A program made the position numbers and the translations under genes. DNA of 64,000 nt. Source: Cenarchaeum sp. (GTDB lineage: Archaea > Thermoproteota > Nitrososphaeria > Nitrososphaerales > Nitrosopumilaceae). Shown piece after piece: positions 31,133 through 41,405 of the stretch; within the stretch, counting starts at the first letter, position 1, and the number at the start of each line of letters is the position of its first letter. The DNA lies in assembly GCA_965212015.1 (NCBI GenBank), contig OZ243037.1, positions 32,001 to 96,000 of the forward strand, in the 5' to 3' direction. Below the pieces are notes generated by a model that worked only from the letters and a program-made list of their open reading frames with translations, searched no databases and was not told where the DNA came from.

Positions 31133-31428
31133 GCCCCGCAGAGAAGGTCTACAAAAAGCTCTGCTGCGTCCCGAGGGGGCGCGTCACGACATACAAAAGG
31201 CTGGCAGAGGCGGCCGGACTCAAAAACGGGCAGCGCGCAGTGGGGAGGATAATGAGGGACAATCCGTATCCCGGTATAGTCCCGTGCCACAGGGTGGTAA
31301 GATCCGACGGGGGAATCGGAGGATATGCGTACGGCGAAAAATCAAAGGCCCGCATGCTGGCAAAAGAGGGCGTGAGCGTGCGGGACGGCAGGATAGATGG
31401 CTTTGCCAGGCGCATCCATGCGTTCTAG
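31129..31428 (+). CDS. ogt: O6-methylguanine DNA methyltransferase (MGMT family, short form)
   Basis: VPRGRVTTY, RAVG, NP...VPCHRVV. Confidence 0.88.
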   Translation: MSPAEKVYKKLCCVPRGRVTTYKRLAEAAGLKNGQRAVGRIMRDNPYPGIVPCHRVVRSDGGIGGYAYGEKSKARMLAKEGVSVRDGRIDGFARRIHAF

Positions 31429-31871
31429 GTCTTTTTTATGTCGTCGATTAGCAGGCGGAGGTGCGCCTTGTTTCTTACGGTGTTTCCGCCGACTTTTTTG
31501 TACAGCTCCCAGAACTGCGGGTTGGTAATGTCCTTTCTGTCCTTTGCCACCCCCAGCAGGTATCTCAGTGCGCGGACCTTTCGGACATAGACCTGCTTTT
31601 TGCCAACGCGAGCGCCGGATCTTCCGTGCTTGGAGCCTGCCTTTGTGCCGCGCTTTGCCTTTTGAAGCTTTTTGTGCTGCGCCCTTCCGCGCGAGGTGCC
31701 CACTATGGGCTTTATCTTTATGGTGTTTGCAGTAATCAGGCTCCTAATGTTCTGCCTGGTGATTGCGTCCTCGATGTCGCCGAGGTGCTCCGAATCAAAG
31801 TGAATCCGGTGCACGCCGGCGCCGGTAATCCTCGAGACGAGCCTTTTTTTCGCCCTGAGATTAACTACCAC
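31425..31871 (-). CDS. rpl19e: 50S ribosomal protein L19e
   Basis: NLRAKKRL...AITRQNIRSLI...SRGR. Confidence 0.95.
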   Translation of the reverse strand: MVVNLRAKKRLVSRITGAGVHRIHFDSEHLGDIEDAITRQNIRSLITANTIKIKPIVGTSRGRAQHKKLQKAKRGTKAGSKHGRSGARVGKKQVYVRKVRALRYLLGVAKDRKDITNPQFWELYKKVGGNTVRNKAHLRLLIDDIKKT

Positions 31872-32259
31872 TTGCCGTCACCCTCGCATTGAAGATTTTG
31901 AATTTTTTTTCCATGGCGGCTGCAGTTATCACCCTTCTCTTTTTTGTCCCGACACCGTGGCCGATTCTTACGCCGTCTGATTTCGGATTCAGGCCTGCCA
32001 GGTCTGCCGTGTTGTAGACCAAATTGTCGGTGTATCCTGACGGGTGCAGTCCCCTCGAGGCCCTCGGCCCGCCATAGCCGATCTTTACTATTCCCGGCCT
32101 GCCGCGGCTTTTCTGCTTTCGCTGGTGGTTGTCGATTCCCTTTGGCTTTCTCCACGTAGTCTCTAGCCTTTTGTAGCGCCAGCTCTCCGGGCGGATAAAG
32201 CTGGGCCTGTGCTTGCTTACATTCTCCCTCTGCTCTAGCAGCTCCCGGTTGATTGGCAT
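31861..32259 (-). CDS. rpl32e: 50S ribosomal protein L32e
   Basis: WRKPKGIDN, IGYG, RGLHPSG. Confidence 0.95.
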   Translation of the reverse strand: MPINRELLEQRENVSKHRPSFIRPESWRYKRLETTWRKPKGIDNHQRKQKSRGRPGIVKIGYGGPRASRGLHPSGYTDNLVYNTADLAGLNPKSDGVRIGHGVGTKKRRVITAAAMEKKFKIFNARVTASGS

Positions 32260-32373
32260 GGGCTCTTTTTCAAAATTTGAAATAAATAGGTATCTAAACG
32301 GATCAGGCATCCGGGATGTAAAGAGATAATAAGGAAAATCAAATCGGATCGATTTGTCTTATGAAGCATCGTC

Positions 32374-33999
32374 GTGGGATCATCCACTCGGAGAGATTAT
32401 GCCTTGGGTGAAAAGCCGCTAGACGACAGCTGCGTGTCAGAACTGCGGGCCATGGGAATCAATCCGGCGGGGATCTGCCGCAACCTGCCGCCTGAGGGCC
32501 TTGTAAAAATCGCAGTGGACGCAGGCGAGGGGGTGCTGACTAGCACCGGCTCGCTGTCAGTCCGGACCGGCAAGTACACGGGGCGCTCGCCTGATGACAG
32601 GTTTATAGTGTGTGACGAGACCACGCGCGACACAGTCGACTGGGGCGGCATCAACCACAAGTTCTCCCCGGACAGGTTTGATGGGATATTTGCAAGGATG
32701 AAAGAGTCCGTACGCGGAAGGGACCTGTACGTGTTTGACGGGTTTGTGGGCGCCGATCCGCAAAACAGGCTGTCGATTCGCGTGATAAATGACCGGGCCT
32801 GGCAGAGCCTCTTTGTCAGGCAGCTGTTCATACGGCCGACGCCCGGCGAGCTTGAGGCGCACAGGCCAGAGTTTACGCTAATGTGCATAAACGACTTTGA
32901 GGCCGTTCCTGAGACTGACGGGACAAACTCTAATGTCTTTATCCTAATTGATCTTACAAAAAAAATAGTCCTGATCGGCCACACGGAGTATGCCGGCGAG
33001 ATGAAAAAATCAATGTTCAGCGTGATGAACTATGTCCTGCCGGGCCGGAACGTCTTTCCGATGCACTGCTCTGCGAACATTGGCAGGGACGGCGACACTG
33101 CGCTGTTCTTCGGGCTCTCCGGCACGGGAAAGACGACGCTTTCTGCCGATCCGAACAGGATGCTGATAGGCGACGACGAGCACGGGTGGTCTGACCGGGG
33201 CGCCTTTAACTTTGAGGGCGGCTGCTATGCAAAGTGCATCAATCTCGGCGAGGAGACAGAGCCGCAAATCTGGAACGCGATAAGGCCCGGAACCGTACTG
33301 GAGAACGTGGCAGTCAACGAGGAGACGCTCGTGCCGGACTTTGATGACGGCACGCTGACTGAGAACACGCGCGCAGCATACCCGCTAGAGTACATTCCCG
33401 GCTCGGTGATTCCAAGCATCGGGACGCATCCGAAGGTGATCGTCTTTCTGACTGCCGACGCCCTCGGCGTGCTGCCGCCAGTATCCAAGCTGAGCAGGGA
33501 GGGCGCAATGTACCACTTTATGTCCGGGTATACAAGCAAGCTTGCCGGAACCGAGCGCGGAATAAAGGAGCCAAAGGCTGTGTTCTCAGAATGCTTTGCC
33601 GCCCCGTTCATGCCGAGGCCGGCATCAGTATACGCAGGAATGCTCGGCAAAAAGATAGACGAGCACGACACTGCGGTATACCTTGTCAACACCGGGTGGT
33701 CTGCCGGCCCGTACGGCGTCGGCAGGCGCATCAGAATTCAATACAGCAGGGCCATGGTCACTGCCGCCCTGACAGGAAAGCTCGACGCCGTGGGGTACAG
33801 GCACGACAATCTGTTCAACCTGGAGGTTCCCACCTCGTGCCCCGACGTCCCGCCGGAGATACTCGATCCCAGGCAGACGTGGGCAGACCCGGACTCTTAT
33901 GACGAGCTGGCCCGGAAACTGGCGCGCATGTTCGCCGAGAACTTTGAAAAATTCAAAAACGTCCCGCCGGAGATTCAGAGCGCGGGACCCCGGCCTTGA
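32374..33999 (+). CDS. pckA: Phosphoenolpyruvate carboxykinase (ATP)
   Basis: TGKYTGRSP, YAGEMKK, FFGLSGTGKTTLS, IGDDEHGW, FEGGCYAK. Confidence 0.97.
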   Translation: MGSSTRRDYALGEKPLDDSCVSELRAMGINPAGICRNLPPEGLVKIAVDAGEGVLTSTGSLSVRTGKYTGRSPDDRFIVCDETTRDTVDWGGINHKFSPDRFDGIFARMKESVRGRDLYVFDGFVGADPQNRLSIRVINDRAWQSLFVRQLFIRPTPGELEAHRPEFTLMCINDFEAVPETDGTNSNVFILIDLTKKIVLIGHTEYAGEMKKSMFSVMNYVLPGRNVFPMHCSANIGRDGDTALFFGLSGTGKTTLSADPNRMLIGDDEHGWSDRGAFNFEGGCYAKCINLGEETEPQIWNAIRPGTVLENVAVNEETLVPDFDDGTLTENTRAAYPLEYIPGSVIPSIGTHPKVIVFLTADALGVLPPVSKLSREGAMYHFMSGYTSKLAGTERGIKEPKAVFSECFAAPFMPRPASVYAGMLGKKIDEHDTAVYLVNTGWSAGPYGVGRRIRIQYSRAMVTAALTGKLDAVGYRHDNLFNLEVPTSCPDVPPEILDPRQTWADPDSYDELARKLARMFAENFEKFKNVPPEIQSAGPRP

Positions 34000-35998
34000 T
34001 CCGGAGGCCGAATCCGGCCAGCGCAGCAGCCGAGACAAACACGGCAATGACTGCCGCCTGCCTGTGCGGAATTCCAAGCTCGAGGCCCTGCTCCTTTGCC
34101 GCCGAGTCCACGGTAATCCTGTCATAGGCGTCAATGGTCCTGCCCCCTGCGTCTATCTTTGCCTCTATCCAGTACGTCCCGTTGCGGGAGACTGTAATGC
34201 CGCCGCCGTCCGGCCTGACAGACGACGAGATCCTCTCGCCGGTCTCTGAGTTTGTGACGTAAATCTTTGCGTACGTCCAGTCCTCAGGCTGCGATACGCC
34301 AACGGCAATGACGCCGCCGTCCTCGCGCGCCGCAATAGAGCCCTCCGTGCTGTGAATCAGTATAGGAATCCCATAGTGGGCATCCCCGCCTGTAATGTTC
34401 ATCCTTCCGTGAAATTTTCCGGTCTCGTTGCCGGCCAGCTCGGCATGTACCGTGATGGTGCCGCCCTGGATGCTGTGGCTCAGCCTGACTTGATCCGGCG
34501 CCTCCAGAGTGACGCCGTCTATGCGGGCCCCGCCCAGCGACCTTGTCCTTACCACCTGCTCGTCTGTCCTGCCGTCTGCGGACAGCTCCATTGTCAAAAA
34601 CGGCGGCGAGGCTATAATGTCTGCATCAAAGGCCCTCGTTACGTTCAGCCTTCCCGCACCGGCGGACTCGGGGTAATAGCCTGCCCCGTAGGCGTCAGTT
34701 ATCGGGTCTGCCGTGGTGACCAGGATTGACTTTATGTCGTCCGGCGAGAGTCCGGGATTTTTTTGCAGCAGCAGGGCGGCGGCGCCGGCTACGTGCGGCG
34801 CAGCAAAGCTTGTGCCGCTAGTGACGTTGTACCTGCCGTCGTTTAGCGTAGTGTTGACATACACGCCTGGCGCCACCAGGTCGGGCTTTGTGTAAAACGG
34901 CGACACCGGCCCGCGGGAGCTAAAGTGTGCCACAAAATCCGGACTGTAAAATATGTGGATTTCCCCGGTTGCGGCCACATAGTCCCTTATCTCCAGGCCG
35001 TCCTGCCTTGAGATCGACACGGTAGGTATCCTTGGGTGATAGCCGTCGCCGACATGCTCGTGGATGAGCTCGCCCAGGTACGTCCCCTGTTCGTTGTTGT
35101 ACACTATTAGCGCGACGGCGCCGGCATCCGCTGCGTTTTTCTCCTTGTCTGAAAAATACACCGTCTCGTCTTTTACGTCGCTTCCCCTCTCTGCAATTAC
35201 TATGGCGCCCTCAAAGCCGCCGCCCTCAAAGTCCGCCTCCCTTGCGTATCCGCCAAACACAATTCCTGCCTTTGCGGGAATTTTGGTGGACGGGCCATCC
35301 ATCATGGGCAGCACCTGAAACTGCCTGTCGTTTATCTCAAGGGTGGCGGCAAGGCTTGAGGTGTGGTTGTTGTACGTGGCGCCGACTGTGATCGCCCTGT
35401 GGTTCAGTCCCGGGCTTCCGATTGTTCCGGGTTCCGGCCCGTCGTTTCCGGCCGCCACTATAACCGTGATTCCGCTCTCCACTGCCATGTTTACTGCGTG
35501 ATCAATCCTCTCGTTGGTGCGATTCACCCCGAGGCTGATGTTGATAATGTCCACGCCGTCCTTTATGGCCTGACTGACTGCGGCTATGATAAGATCCGAG
35601 CTGACCGACTCGCCGTCATCGGAGACCTTGTATGATATTATTCTGGCCTTTGGCGCCATTCCCTGCAGCGCGCCGTCTGCAGCAATGATTCCGGCCACCT
35701 CCGTGCCGTGCCCGTTTATGTCAAGCGGCTCGCCGTCAAAAAAATTGTGCGCCATGATCACCTTTCCGTCGGGGCCCGTCCCGTAAAGATCCGGGTGCGT
35801 GTGATCCACGCCTGTATCAATGATGCCTATTATTATGCCGCGCCCGTCATGGCCCGTTGCCGCCGGCCGGTCCGCCCCGACGTACGGGACGCTGTTGTAT
35901 ACTGCGGTATTCAGGCCGGTCTCGTGGACCGGCACGTGCCAGAATGCCGCCAGGCCAAAGCCGCACAACAAGGCCAGAAACAATGCCGATTTTTGCAC
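33953..35998 (-). CDS. Secreted, C-terminally anchored subtilisin (S8) protease with PA domain
   Basis: IIDTGVD, GHGTEVAGII, AAGN, SGTSFAAPHVAG; PA insert; signal peptide and C-terminal TM. Confidence 0.92.
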   Translation of the reverse strand: MQKSALFLALLCGFGLAAFWHVPVHETGLNTAVYNSVPYVGADRPAATGHDGRGIIIGIIDTGVDHTHPDLYGTGPDGKVIMAHNFFDGEPLDINGHGTEVAGIIAADGALQGMAPKARIISYKVSDDGESVSSDLIIAAVSQAIKDGVDIINISLGVNRTNERIDHAVNMAVESGITVIVAAGNDGPEPGTIGSPGLNHRAITVGATYNNHTSSLAATLEINDRQFQVLPMMDGPSTKIPAKAGIVFGGYAREADFEGGGFEGAIVIAERGSDVKDETVYFSDKEKNAADAGAVALIVYNNEQGTYLGELIHEHVGDGYHPRIPTVSISRQDGLEIRDYVAATGEIHIFYSPDFVAHFSSRGPVSPFYTKPDLVAPGVYVNTTLNDGRYNVTSGTSFAAPHVAGAAALLLQKNPGLSPDDIKSILVTTADPITDAYGAGYYPESAGAGRLNVTRAFDADIIASPPFLTMELSADGRTDEQVVRTRSLGGARIDGVTLEAPDQVRLSHSIQGGTITVHAELAGNETGKFHGRMNITGGDAHYGIPILIHSTEGSIAAREDGGVIAVGVSQPEDWTYAKIYVTNSETGERISSSVRPDGGGITVSRNGTYWIEAKIDAGGRTIDAYDRITVDSAAKEQGLELGIPHRQAAVIAVFVSAAALAGFGLRIKAGVPRSESPAGRF

Positions 35999-36118
35999 TA
36001 TACCATGGCGGCCCGGACTGGCTAAAAACCCATTCCATGCACACGATTTTCTGATGGCGGACAAAAAACCCGCCAAACATGGCCGAATCCCCGCCTTATC
36101 TCGCCCATATCACCAAGT

Positions 36119-36527
36119 TTACAGAACCTGTTGCCAAACTCCTAAATGACAGAGTGCCGTATCACAAATACGGCCTTGTATCTCGTATGGGATGCTAGTG
36201 GGCTCTGACCCACAGGGACCGCCATTATCATACTGAACAATTACCCCTGCGATAAATGTCCGGATGATCCAAATTGTAGGGGATTTGCCCAGTTCAATGA
36301 CGGCGATATTTGAGCTTTGGATGGCGTTCACGCATCTTGCTGTTCATATCAAAATCATCACTGATGGATATCTTGTCCCATACAACCAAAATGTTTGACA
36401 GATCATCGGTTTCAAACATCCTGTGTTGCGGCATGTAATGGGTGAAATGCTGCTGAACCCGAGGCATTAGCTGATTATCCGTGTCGACCGTACTTGAAAT
36501 CAATATTTCCAAAGGGATTAACCTCAT
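36119..36527 (-). pseudogene. Frameshifted hypothetical gene in an AT-richer insertion
   Basis: Two overlapping protein-like ORFs (36294-36527 and 36119-36331) on the same strand. Confidence 0.4.
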
Positions 36528-37210
36528 TGGGCACCGCCTGGATCAAACCAGTGCCACTTTGATGTTGGGAATTTACTTTCCAGACGCCGATTTTAATGCA
36601 CGCTTTTTTAGCAGGGCCTCATTGGAGCTATCCGCACTGATGGCATCTGCGTGATCATAGGGTTTTGAGGAATCACATGATTTTACGTCATCAAAATCAG
36701 TCATCAATCCTTTTACAAAATCGCATGATTCCCTGCCGTCTGCACAAAGAACCCCGAACTCGTATCTTGGCATTTGGATAATTTGCCTCATTCTGACTTG
36801 TTACTGTTATGCAGATCCGGAAGTAACCGGTTATGTCCGGTGCCTGCGGATCCAAACATCCCTCCTGGATCTAACCTGTTACATCCGGAAGTTGTCGCGT
36901 AATTCCATTTAAACTATTGATCCAACCTTCCCGGCCCACTCGTATTTGGATCACAACTGTGCATGCCTCTTTGGCGACAAATCAAAAAAGTGGCGGATAT
37001 TGGAAAATATGCCGTCTGGCACACACGGGGGAAGCTTTCTGGTGGATAAAATAGTTTTTTTGACAAGAAAAAACCTGCCTGGGGTCAAAATCCAAATGTG
37101 GAAGAAAAAAGATCCATTCGGATCCAAAGATGCGCCGCATCTGCCTCATCATGGTGTCAGTGCAGACCAAGGGACTGGGACAGACGGGATCGGAGCGGAT
37201 CCGGGGCGCC

Positions 37211-37252
37211 TGGCGGAATGGTGCGCATTGGCGGAATGGTGCGCATTGGCGG
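37211..37252. repeat. 18-bp tandem duplication
   Basis: TGGCGGAATGGTGCGCAT x2 plus TGGCGG, upstream of sod. Confidence 0.85.
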
Positions 37253-37313
37253 CTGGCGATCGAATCATAATACCATACTAAAGCAATAAATTGAATGGCT
37301 GCGGGGGCATTCC

Positions 37314-37934
37314 ATGGGAAAATACACACTTCCGGAAATGCCGTACTCTTATGATGCGCTAGAACCGCATCTGGACGCGCGCACCATGGAGATTCACCAT
37401 ACAAAACACCACAATACGTACACGACAAAGCTAAACGCGGCCCTAGAGGGCTGTTCTGGCGAGACTCAGGGCAGGGACATTACCGAAATCCTCTCTGACC
37501 TGGACTGCGTGCCAGAGTCCCTGCGCGGCGCGATTAACTTTAACGGCGGCGGCTATGACAACCACAGGCTGTTTTGGAACGGCATGAAGCCCGGCGGCGG
37601 AGGCAAGCCCGGCGGCGCGATTGCCGACGCAATCAATGCGTCCTTTGGCGGCTTTGAGGAGTTCAAGGAAAAGTTCTCCTCTAGCACGGCGGTAATCCAG
37701 GGCAGCGGATGGGGATGGCTGGCGTACAATACGTCTGCCGGCAAGGTGGAATATTCCGCAATGCCGAACCAGACCAGCCCGAGGACGGCAGGCCTGATAC
37801 CCCTGCTTGGCTGCGACGTCTGGGAGCATGCGTATTATTTAAAGTACCAAAACAAGAGGCCGGACTATATCGCGGCGTGGTGGAATGTCGTAAACTGGGA
37901 AGAGATAGACGCCAGGTTTACAAAGGCAAAATAA
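37314..37934 (+). CDS. sod: Fe/Mn superoxide dismutase
   Basis: LPEMPYSYDALEP, HHTKHH, GSGWGWL, DVWEHAYY. Confidence 0.97.
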   Translation: MGKYTLPEMPYSYDALEPHLDARTMEIHHTKHHNTYTTKLNAALEGCSGETQGRDITEILSDLDCVPESLRGAINFNGGGYDNHRLFWNGMKPGGGGKPGGAIADAINASFGGFEEFKEKFSSSTAVIQGSGWGWLAYNTSAGKVEYSAMPNQTSPRTAGLIPLLGCDVWEHAYYLKYQNKRPDYIAAWWNVVNWEEIDARFTKAK

Positions 37935-38033
37935 CACTAGTTTTTTTTTACAACCGTGCCCGATCCGGGCGCGACTCGCCGCCTGAATCCCCGTGTTATG
38001 AGTTTATAACCGTCGTAGGGATTTGCCTTGCAA

Positions 38034-38450
38034 ATGAGCAACGAGCAAGAACAGCAGTTTCTCTACAAGCTGCAAATGCTAGAGTCGTATGTGGCAGAGA
38101 TGACCCGGCTCGAGTCCACGCTAGTAGGGGTGATGAGGGAGGCCTCCGCTGCCATCAGCTCAATCAGGCAGGTGGGTGCGCAGGAAAAGTCCGACGCGCT
38201 AGTCCCGCTGGGACTCGGGGCGTTTCTCAAGGCACAGGTGTGCTCTGGGGACAAAGTAATACTAAACATCGGCGCCGGCGTCGCAGTTGAAAAAAACAAA
38301 AACGACGCAGTCAACTATCTGGAATCCAGGATAAAAGAGATCGAGATTAACCTGCAGGACACTTCTGCAAAGAGGCACGACGCAACAGTCCGTCTGGAGC
38401 AAAGCAAGCAGCAGCTGCAACAGATGATGGCCTCGCAGCCTGCAAAGTAG
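38034..38450 (+). CDS. pfdA: Prefoldin alpha subunit
   Basis: Coiled coils flanking LVPLGLGAF...VILNIGAGVAVEK. Confidence 0.92.
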   Translation: MSNEQEQQFLYKLQMLESYVAEMTRLESTLVGVMREASAAISSIRQVGAQEKSDALVPLGLGAFLKAQVCSGDKVILNIGAGVAVEKNKNDAVNYLESRIKEIEINLQDTSAKRHDATVRLEQSKQQLQQMMASQPAK

Positions 38451-38459
38451 GAATCCGCA

Positions 38460-39569
38460 ATGTTTGAGAGCCTCAAGTCCGCTTTTTCGGGGGTGGCCAA
38501 AAGCTTCGGGCAAAGGCAGCTAAAGGAAAAGGACATCGACGCCGCACTCTCCGGCATGGAGCTCGACTTGATGAGATCCGACGTGGCAGTGGAGGTCATT
38601 GGCGCCATAAAATCGGATCTAAAGTCAAAGATAGCCGGGACAAGCGTCGACAGGCACGGCATTGAGGATTTTGTCAAGGACAGCCTAGTCGGGATAGTGT
38701 CGGGCATCTTTGACGGCGCCAGAAAAGTCGACCTGCTGGGGGACATTGAGAAAAAAAAGACGGCCGGCGAGCCGTACGTGATAGTGTTTGTCGGAATAAA
38801 CGGGACCGGCAAGACTACCAGCCTCTCCAAGCTTGCGCGCCTGTTGCAGGACTCAAAGGTCTCAGTCGTAGTCGCCGCCGCCGACACGTTCCGGGCCGGC
38901 GCAATCGAGCAGCTCCGCGAACACACAAAAAACCTCAACCTGAAAATAGTGGCGCAAAACTATGGGGCCGATCCCGCCGCAGTCTCGCGCGACGCGGTGC
39001 TTTATGCAAGATCGCACAAGGTCGACTGCGTGCTAGTCGACACGGCAGGGCGCATGCAGACAAGCAAGAACCTCATGGAGCAGATTGAAAAAATCATAAA
39101 CGTCGTAAAGCCGGACTTTATCATCTTTGTGGGCGACGCCCTTGCGGGAAACGACACGGTAAACCAGGCAAGGGAGTTTTACGGGCACACAAAGTTTGGC
39201 GGATCCATCCTGGCAAAAAGCGACGCCGACGCAAAGGGCGGGGCCGCCCTGTCGATAGTAAAGATTACCGGCTCGCCCATACTGTACATGGGGGTGGGGC
39301 AGCGCTACGAGGATTTGGTGCCGTTTGAAAAGGACTCGTTTCTGCGCGCCGTCTTTGGCACGACAGGCGCGCCGGCAGCTGATCCGTTTGAGGGCATATC
39401 TGCTGGCGACATTGACTCGTATAACGCGGCGTACGGCACGGCGCCCCCCGAGAACGACGAGCAGACAGCATCCGTTATTCGGGAGTGGATACGGTCCGGA
39501 AGGCCGGCGCCTGGCGGGCCGGGGAAAACTAGAAAGCCGAGCTCGTTGCTTGGTAGGTTTGGAAAATGA
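38460..39569 (+). CDS. ftsY: SRP receptor FtsY
   Basis: GINGTGKTT, DTFRAGAIEQL, DTAGR, DADAKGG. Confidence 0.95.
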   Translation: MFESLKSAFSGVAKSFGQRQLKEKDIDAALSGMELDLMRSDVAVEVIGAIKSDLKSKIAGTSVDRHGIEDFVKDSLVGIVSGIFDGARKVDLLGDIEKKKTAGEPYVIVFVGINGTGKTTSLSKLARLLQDSKVSVVVAAADTFRAGAIEQLREHTKNLNLKIVAQNYGADPAAVSRDAVLYARSHKVDCVLVDTAGRMQTSKNLMEQIEKIINVVKPDFIIFVGDALAGNDTVNQAREFYGHTKFGGSILAKSDADAKGGAALSIVKITGSPILYMGVGQRYEDLVPFEKDSFLRAVFGTTGAPAADPFEGISAGDIDSYNAAYGTAPPENDEQTASVIREWIRSGRPAPGGPGKTRKPSSLLGRFGK

Positions 39570-40468
39570 AGCTTGGAACCAGGGACTTTCTGTCCTTTGC
39601 AGAGCTTGACGGCGGCGAGACCGAAAAGCTCGTGGATCTTGCAATACGCCTCAAAAACGGGGGCCAGTCAGGCCGCCTCGAGGGCAGGACCCTGGCCATG
39701 ATCTTTGAAAAGCCATCAACTAGGACGCGCGTAAGCTTTGAGGCCGGCATGCACCAGCTTGGCGGCCACGCCATATGCATGGCCCCCGGCGACATGCAGC
39801 TCTCGCGCGGCGAGACTATCGCCGACACCGCACGCACGCTCTCAGGATACGTCGACGTGATAATGGCGCGCGTCTTTGAGCACTCTGTGCTAGAGACGCT
39901 GGCAGAAAACTCGTCAGTACCGGTGATAAACGGCCTCTCTGACTCGTTTCACCCCTGCCAGACACTCGCCGACCTGATGACCATACGTGAAAAAAAGGGG
40001 CGGCTTGCAGGACTAAAGCTGGCGTGGATTGGCGACGGCAACAATGTCTGCAACTCTGTGATTTACGGCTGCGCCAGGGCCGGCATTGACGTATCGGTTG
40101 CCACGCCGCGCCAGTTCGGGCCGCTGCCAGACGTGGTAGGCGAGTCAAGAAAGGCAATCGACGTGGAGCTAAGCGACGATCCGTCCGAGGCCGTAAGGGA
40201 TTCTGACATTGTAATGACTGACACGTTTTCGTCGATTCACAACACGGATGCGGGGCGCACCGAAAAGTTCCTGCCAAAGTTCCAGGTCGGCGACTCTTTG
40301 ATGGGGCAGGCCAAGGATGACGCGATATTCATGCACTGCCTTCCGGCCAAGCGCGGACAGGAGGTCGCAGCGTCCGTAATCGACGGGCCGCAGTCCGCGG
40401 TGTGGAACCAGGCAGAAAACAGGCTGCACTCCCAAAAGGCGCTGCTGCTCTCAATACTGGGCGCCTGA
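39566..40468 (+). CDS. argF: Ornithine carbamoyltransferase
   Basis: FEKPSTRTR, HPCQ, GDGNNV, FMHCLP, QAENR. Confidence 0.96.
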   Translation: MKLGTRDFLSFAELDGGETEKLVDLAIRLKNGGQSGRLEGRTLAMIFEKPSTRTRVSFEAGMHQLGGHAICMAPGDMQLSRGETIADTARTLSGYVDVIMARVFEHSVLETLAENSSVPVINGLSDSFHPCQTLADLMTIREKKGRLAGLKLAWIGDGNNVCNSVIYGCARAGIDVSVATPRQFGPLPDVVGESRKAIDVELSDDPSEAVRDSDIVMTDTFSSIHNTDAGRTEKFLPKFQVGDSLMGQAKDDAIFMHCLPAKRGQEVAASVIDGPQSAVWNQAENRLHSQKALLLSILGA

Positions 40469-40831
40469 GGCCTGCATTATGTGGTGTTTGGGCGGCTATT
40501 GGAGACGCGTAATGCCGTGACTGGGCGCGAATCCCGTAAAATGTCCTGACATGCCAGGCGATCATTTAGAAATACCTGTGTTTCATAAATACCAAAACAT
40601 GTTTTTTTGCACTCTGTAAATGATTAAATTTTCAGGAGCGCGTTTTCTAACTTCGTCAATTAGTTGAGTGCATCTTTTCATTGAGTGGTGCCGGATGATC
40701 TCCCCGGTAAACTCTGCAACAGTTTCCATCACGGCCTTGTATGTATCCGCATGAAGGGTCTTTAAAAAGAATTAAACGTCGAGTTAAAATTAACATGAAG
40801 TACATGGGTCATATAAAAACATAAAGAGGAT

Positions 40832-40927
40832 TTATTTATCTTTGCAAGACTTGTCATACTCTACAAATATTTCGTCGTCTTTCTTGCTCCACTCTGGAGT
40901 AGGTTTAAGCTTGGCTGGCTTTGCCAT
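40832..40927 (-). CDS. Small ORF (31 aa), possible antitoxin-like remnant
   Basis: MAKPAKLKPTPEWSKKDDEIFVEYDK; doubled TTTATAAT element just upstream. Confidence 0.35.
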   Translation of the reverse strand: MAKPAKLKPTPEWSKKDDEIFVEYDKSCKDK

Positions 40928-41160
40928 GCCTGATCTGCCCTGCTCGAATTTATAATCGTTTATAATCTGGCTCAATCAGCCGGGCCGGACACGAGGCAGA
41001 TTCCTCCCAATCCGCCGGATCCGGACGGCGGGATCAGGCGTGCCCTGGAATCCGGGATTTTGCGCGGCGAGCTGGCGGTGGCATGCGGCAGAAAAGACGT
41101 CCTTCTGAGGATCCCTGCAAAGCCCGAACGTATCGGTCACGGCACGCAAGGCCCGGAGGC

Positions 41161-41212
41161 GGCACGGGTGGGGGGATCACGTTATGAGGTAAGGGAGTTG
41201 TGACACAGAGCA
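41161..41212 (+). mobile_element. Solo right end of the IS5 element
   Basis: GGCACGGGTGGGGGGATCACGTTATGAGGTAAGGGAGTTGTGACACAGAGCA, near-identical to the end of the 52917-53955 copy. Confidence 0.9.
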
Positions 41213-41322
41213 GATTGTCGAACCGATGGGGCGCCCCCAAAGGGGCATCACCCACGCCATATCTCTATGGATACTATTTTTCAGGTAATATTATTACATA
41301 CTTGGTATATTTTAACATTTAT

Positions 41323-41405
41323 GGGCTAGTAGCGAAGTGGCCAAACGCGGCTATTTTTCAGGTAGCAATCTCAGGATTACATGGGTTCAAATCCCATCTA
41401 GCCCA
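41323..41405 (+). tRNA. Atypical class II tRNA: tRNA-Leu-like body with TTC (Glu) anticodon
   Basis: GGGCTAG/CTAGCCC acceptor plus A73; D-stem GCG/CGC; anticodon arm GCTAT-TTTTCAG-GTAGC; 14-nt variable arm AATC-TCAG-GATT-AC; T-arm ATGGG-TTCAAAT-CCCAT; followed by T6. Confidence 0.85.

Noticed and set aside
33953-33999. Convergent overlap of pckA and the S8 protease
   Set aside because: Short tail-to-tail overlap of a non-conserved C-terminus, common in compact genomes.
41323-41405. Reading the odd tRNA as tRNA-Sec/opal suppressor (TCA) or tRNA-Leu(CAG)
   Set aside because: Both need a shifted anticodon loop that breaks the GCTAT/GTAGC stem, and the 7/5 fold with a 3-bp D-stem is not tRNA-Sec-like.
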